Assembly (NCBI RefSeq): GCF_006345805.1
Contig: NW_021833799.1
Coordinates: forward strand, 21,867-85,866
Length of the DNA: 64,000 nt
Reading direction: 5' to 3'
DNA from: Octopus sinensis
Taxonomy: Eukaryota
Shown here: in pieces, positions 61,290-64,000 of the stretch
Layout of the letters: each line of letters starts with the position of its first letter
Numbering within the stretch: the first letter of the stretch is position 1
The notes under the pieces: model-generated
The model's input: the letters and a program-made list of their open reading frames with translations, nothing else
Told to the model about the DNA's origin: nothing
The model's database searches: none
Position numbers and translations under genes: made by a program

Positions 61290-61672
61290 CATACACATAT
61301 ATATATATATATGTACATACATATAATATATATATATTACACACACATATATAATATGTATATATATATATATATGTGTATGTAGATATATAGATATAAA
61401 TATATATATATATAATAATAGACAGATATGTATTATTTGTTGTTATATATATACACACACATAATCTCTATATATACATATATATGTGCATATATATACA
61501 TACACACACGCACAATATATATATCCATAATATATATATATATATACATATATATACATACACACACACACATATATATCCATATATATATGTATATACA
61601 TACACACACAATATGTATATATATATATATATATAAACAACACCACATGTTTGTTTATTTTTATGCATAAAC

Positions 61673-61718
<46 letters not shown>

Positions 61719-62129
61719 ATATATGCATGCATGTATGTATATATGGATACACTAACCATCGTGTTTATGGGTGGGTACAATTTCCTATGCATATGATCAC
61801 TGTTACATCTACCCCTACACTCAACCATATATACACCCACATTTGTGTGTATACACAAGAACATGCAAAAAGGATATCATTGTACCCTAGGGAGAAGGTT
61901 AAATCCATTGTAAGTGGGCCTTTCTGTAGATGTCATGGGGTAATGTTCTAGTCGGTGGTGGTGGCCGTGGAATCGGAAGACAGAGTTATGTAACTGTTTA
62001 TGGGAGAAGTATGACATGCTGACCTTGCACTTATTGCATATTGGCGAGGGTGGTGTGTGTGTGTGTGTTATAAGAAGTTTGCCTCCTAACCGTATGGTGC
62101 CAGGTTCAGTTCCGGATTTGCCTGACTAA

Positions 62130-62278
62130 AAACCCCGTCCCCGTCACTTAACGGTTCGGCAAAAGAGACCGATAGAATAAGTACTGGGCTTACAAAGAAT
62201 AAGTCCCGGGGTCGAGTTGCTCGACTAAAGTCGGTGCTCCAGTATGGCCGCAGTCAAATGACTGAAACAAGATAAAGA

Positions 62279-62309
<31 letters not shown>

Positions 62310-62735
62310 TAGAATTGAAATCGATCAACATCAATGGAAATTGCAGCTGTGATACCAGTGCCGGTGGCACGTAAGAGAACCATCCGAACATGACCGTTGC
62401 CAGCGCCGCCCCGACTGGCCTCGTGCCGGTGGCACATAAAAAGCACCATCTGTTTGTGGGCGTTGCCAGCCTCGCCTGGCCCCATGTCGGTGGCACGTAA
62501 AAAGCACCATCTGATCGTGGCCGTTTGTCAGAATCCCTGGCCACCCTGTGCCAGTGGCACGTAAAAAGCACCCATGCCTCGCGGAGTGGTTGGCGTTAGG
62601 AAGGGGATCCCAGCCGTAGAAACACTGCCAGATCAGACTGGAGCTGGTGCAGCCCCTGGCTCCCAGACCCGGTGTCGAACCGTCCAACCCGTGCTAGCGC
62701 GGGAAAACGGAGTTAAACGATGATGATGATGATGA
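62130..62735 (+). mobile_element. SINE A tail (62130-62280) followed by a family D copy (62330-62735)
   Basis: Consensus matches and a (GAT)n tail. Confidence 0.8.
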
Positions 62736-62975
62736 TATATATATATTATAATGAGGATAATATCGATATTTAAATATCGATCCAATATCTTATGGGAATA
62801 AATACCATACAAAGGTAATAATTATTTAAAACTATAAATTAGGGTATCTGAGAGATACCACCATGCTGAAATAGCAGTCAAAACCCCGACCCTAAAGCCA
62901 CCTTAAATGTTCATATCACACTAGCAGAGAAGACAGAGAGACAAAATAAACTAACAAAAAAGATTTTTCTGGATA

Positions 62976-63034
62976 ATTCCAGATCCTGGATTTCTGGCTT
63001 CTCTTATGAGAAGCTCTGCCTTCGTCAGTTGAAT
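62976..63034 (-). ncRNA. Near-intact type I hammerhead-like motif (AUC site)
   Basis: Minus strand: ATTCAA-CTGACGA-A-GGC..TTCTC-ataa-GAGAA-GCC-a-GAAA-TCCAGGA-T-C-TGGAAT. Confidence 0.5.
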
Positions 63035-63058
63035 ATACCAGATAAGCACATATATATA

Positions 63059-63214
63059 TATATCAAGGGCTATGGCTATAAGTAATGCCTCATGCTTTAA
63101 TGGGACTCTAAAGTCAAACTTCTTCAATACATATATGTATATGTAGGGAAGTAATTTGACTTTAGAGTCCCCTTACACTGTGAGGTGTTACTTATAGTAA
63201 TAGCCCTTGATATA
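63059..63214. repeat. Fold-back with arms of about 60 bp, flanked by TA-rich sequence
   Basis: TATCAAGGGCTAT..GGGACTCTAAAGTCAAA / TTTGACTTTAGAGTCCC..ATAGCCCTTGATA. Confidence 0.75.
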
Positions 63215-63304
63215 ATAATGTATTTTATATTTAAGGAAAAAAATTATATACTTTGTTTGTTTTCCACACTGGCTTTACTTAGATTTTATCCTTATATATA
63301 CATA

Positions 63305-63800
63305 TCATCATCATCTTCATCATCGTTTAACATTTGTTTTCTATGCTAGCATGTGTTGGACGGTTCAACCGGGGTCTGGGAAGCCAGAAGGCTGCACCAG
63401 GCTCCGGTCTGATCTGGCGGTGAGTTGACAGTTGGATGCCCTTTCCTAATGCCAACCACTCCAAGGGTGTAGTGGGTGCTTTTTGTGTGCCACCGGCACG
63501 GAAGCCAATCAAGGCGGAACTGGCATCAGCCACGTTCCGATGGTGCATTTTACGTGCCACCGGCACAGGGATCACAACTATAATTTCCATTGAGTTTTGA
63601 TGTTGATATATATATATATATATATAGGTGTGTGTTTATGGACCCCATAACTTAGTCGTGGTTCAGCAAAAGATGCCAATAGAATACGCACCAGGCTTAC
63701 AAAAAAGAAAAAAAGCAGTCAGTTTGATTCAGTCAATTAAATATTCTTTGAGGTGGTGCCCCAGCATGGCCACAGTCTAATGACTGAAACCAGTAAAAGA
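63305..63800. mobile_element. Family D copy (minus, 63305-63600) and SINE A tail (plus, 63640-63800)
   Basis: Consensus matches. Confidence 0.75.
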
Positions 63801-64000
63801 TAAACGTGGGTGTGCATGTGATTGTGTGTGCATGCATGTGTGTATGTGCGTGTATGTGTGCATGTGATAGTGTGTATGTATGTGATTCTGTGTGGTATGT
63901 TGGTGTGTGTGTATGTATGTGATTCTGTGTGGTGTGTGTGTGTGTGTGTGTGATTCTGTGTGGGTGGTGTGTGGTGTGTGTGTATGTATGTGATTCTGTG

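Noticed and set aside
61930-62022. 30-aa ORF MSWGNVLVGGGGRGIGRQSYVTVYGRSMTC resembling an SDR TGxxxGIG motif
   Set aside because: It lacks the conserved Thr and the following helix, arises partly from a (GGT)n run, and has no downstream exon. Probably chance.

Overview
This is AT-rich, microsatellite-saturated animal genomic DNA, most likely from an octopus or other coleoid cephalopod. That assignment is inferred from the SINE families I recognise and was not searched. No intact protein-coding gene is visible. Nearly all ORFs in the track are artefacts of simple repeats or tandem arrays. Contents: (i) dozens of copies of about five short retroposon families (my labels: A, B, C and E are tRNA-headed SINEs; D is an RTE-type 3' end with an internal VNTR and a (GAT)n tail); (ii) decayed LINE fragments of the RTE, CR1-group, L1-Tx1 and Penelope-like RT types; (iii) two non-autonomous Helitron copies and a Merlin-like MITE with an 8-bp TSD, whose empty site also lies in the window; (iv) at least six young tandem arrays, most of them derived from retroposon parts; (v) a few weak candidate host exons. 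The most striking signal is a dense set of type I hammerhead ribozyme motifs. About ten are intact or nearly intact and several more are decayed, from many unrelated sequence families. Most sit in small non-coding, (TA)n-flanked units built as [inverted copy of downstream sequence]-[hammerhead]-[body]. Two of these are long fold-backs with a hammerhead in each arm, in opposite polarity. These are interpreted as Penelope-like pseudo-LTR or retrozyme-like elements. Other highlights are a Tx1 element inserted in a (GATA/GACA)n array with a 17-bp TSD, a SINE-LINE pair sharing a covarying 3' stem-loop, and a duplicated chimera of a U2 snRNA 5' fragment with a SINE body. All structures were read by eye; no folding, alignment or database search was run.
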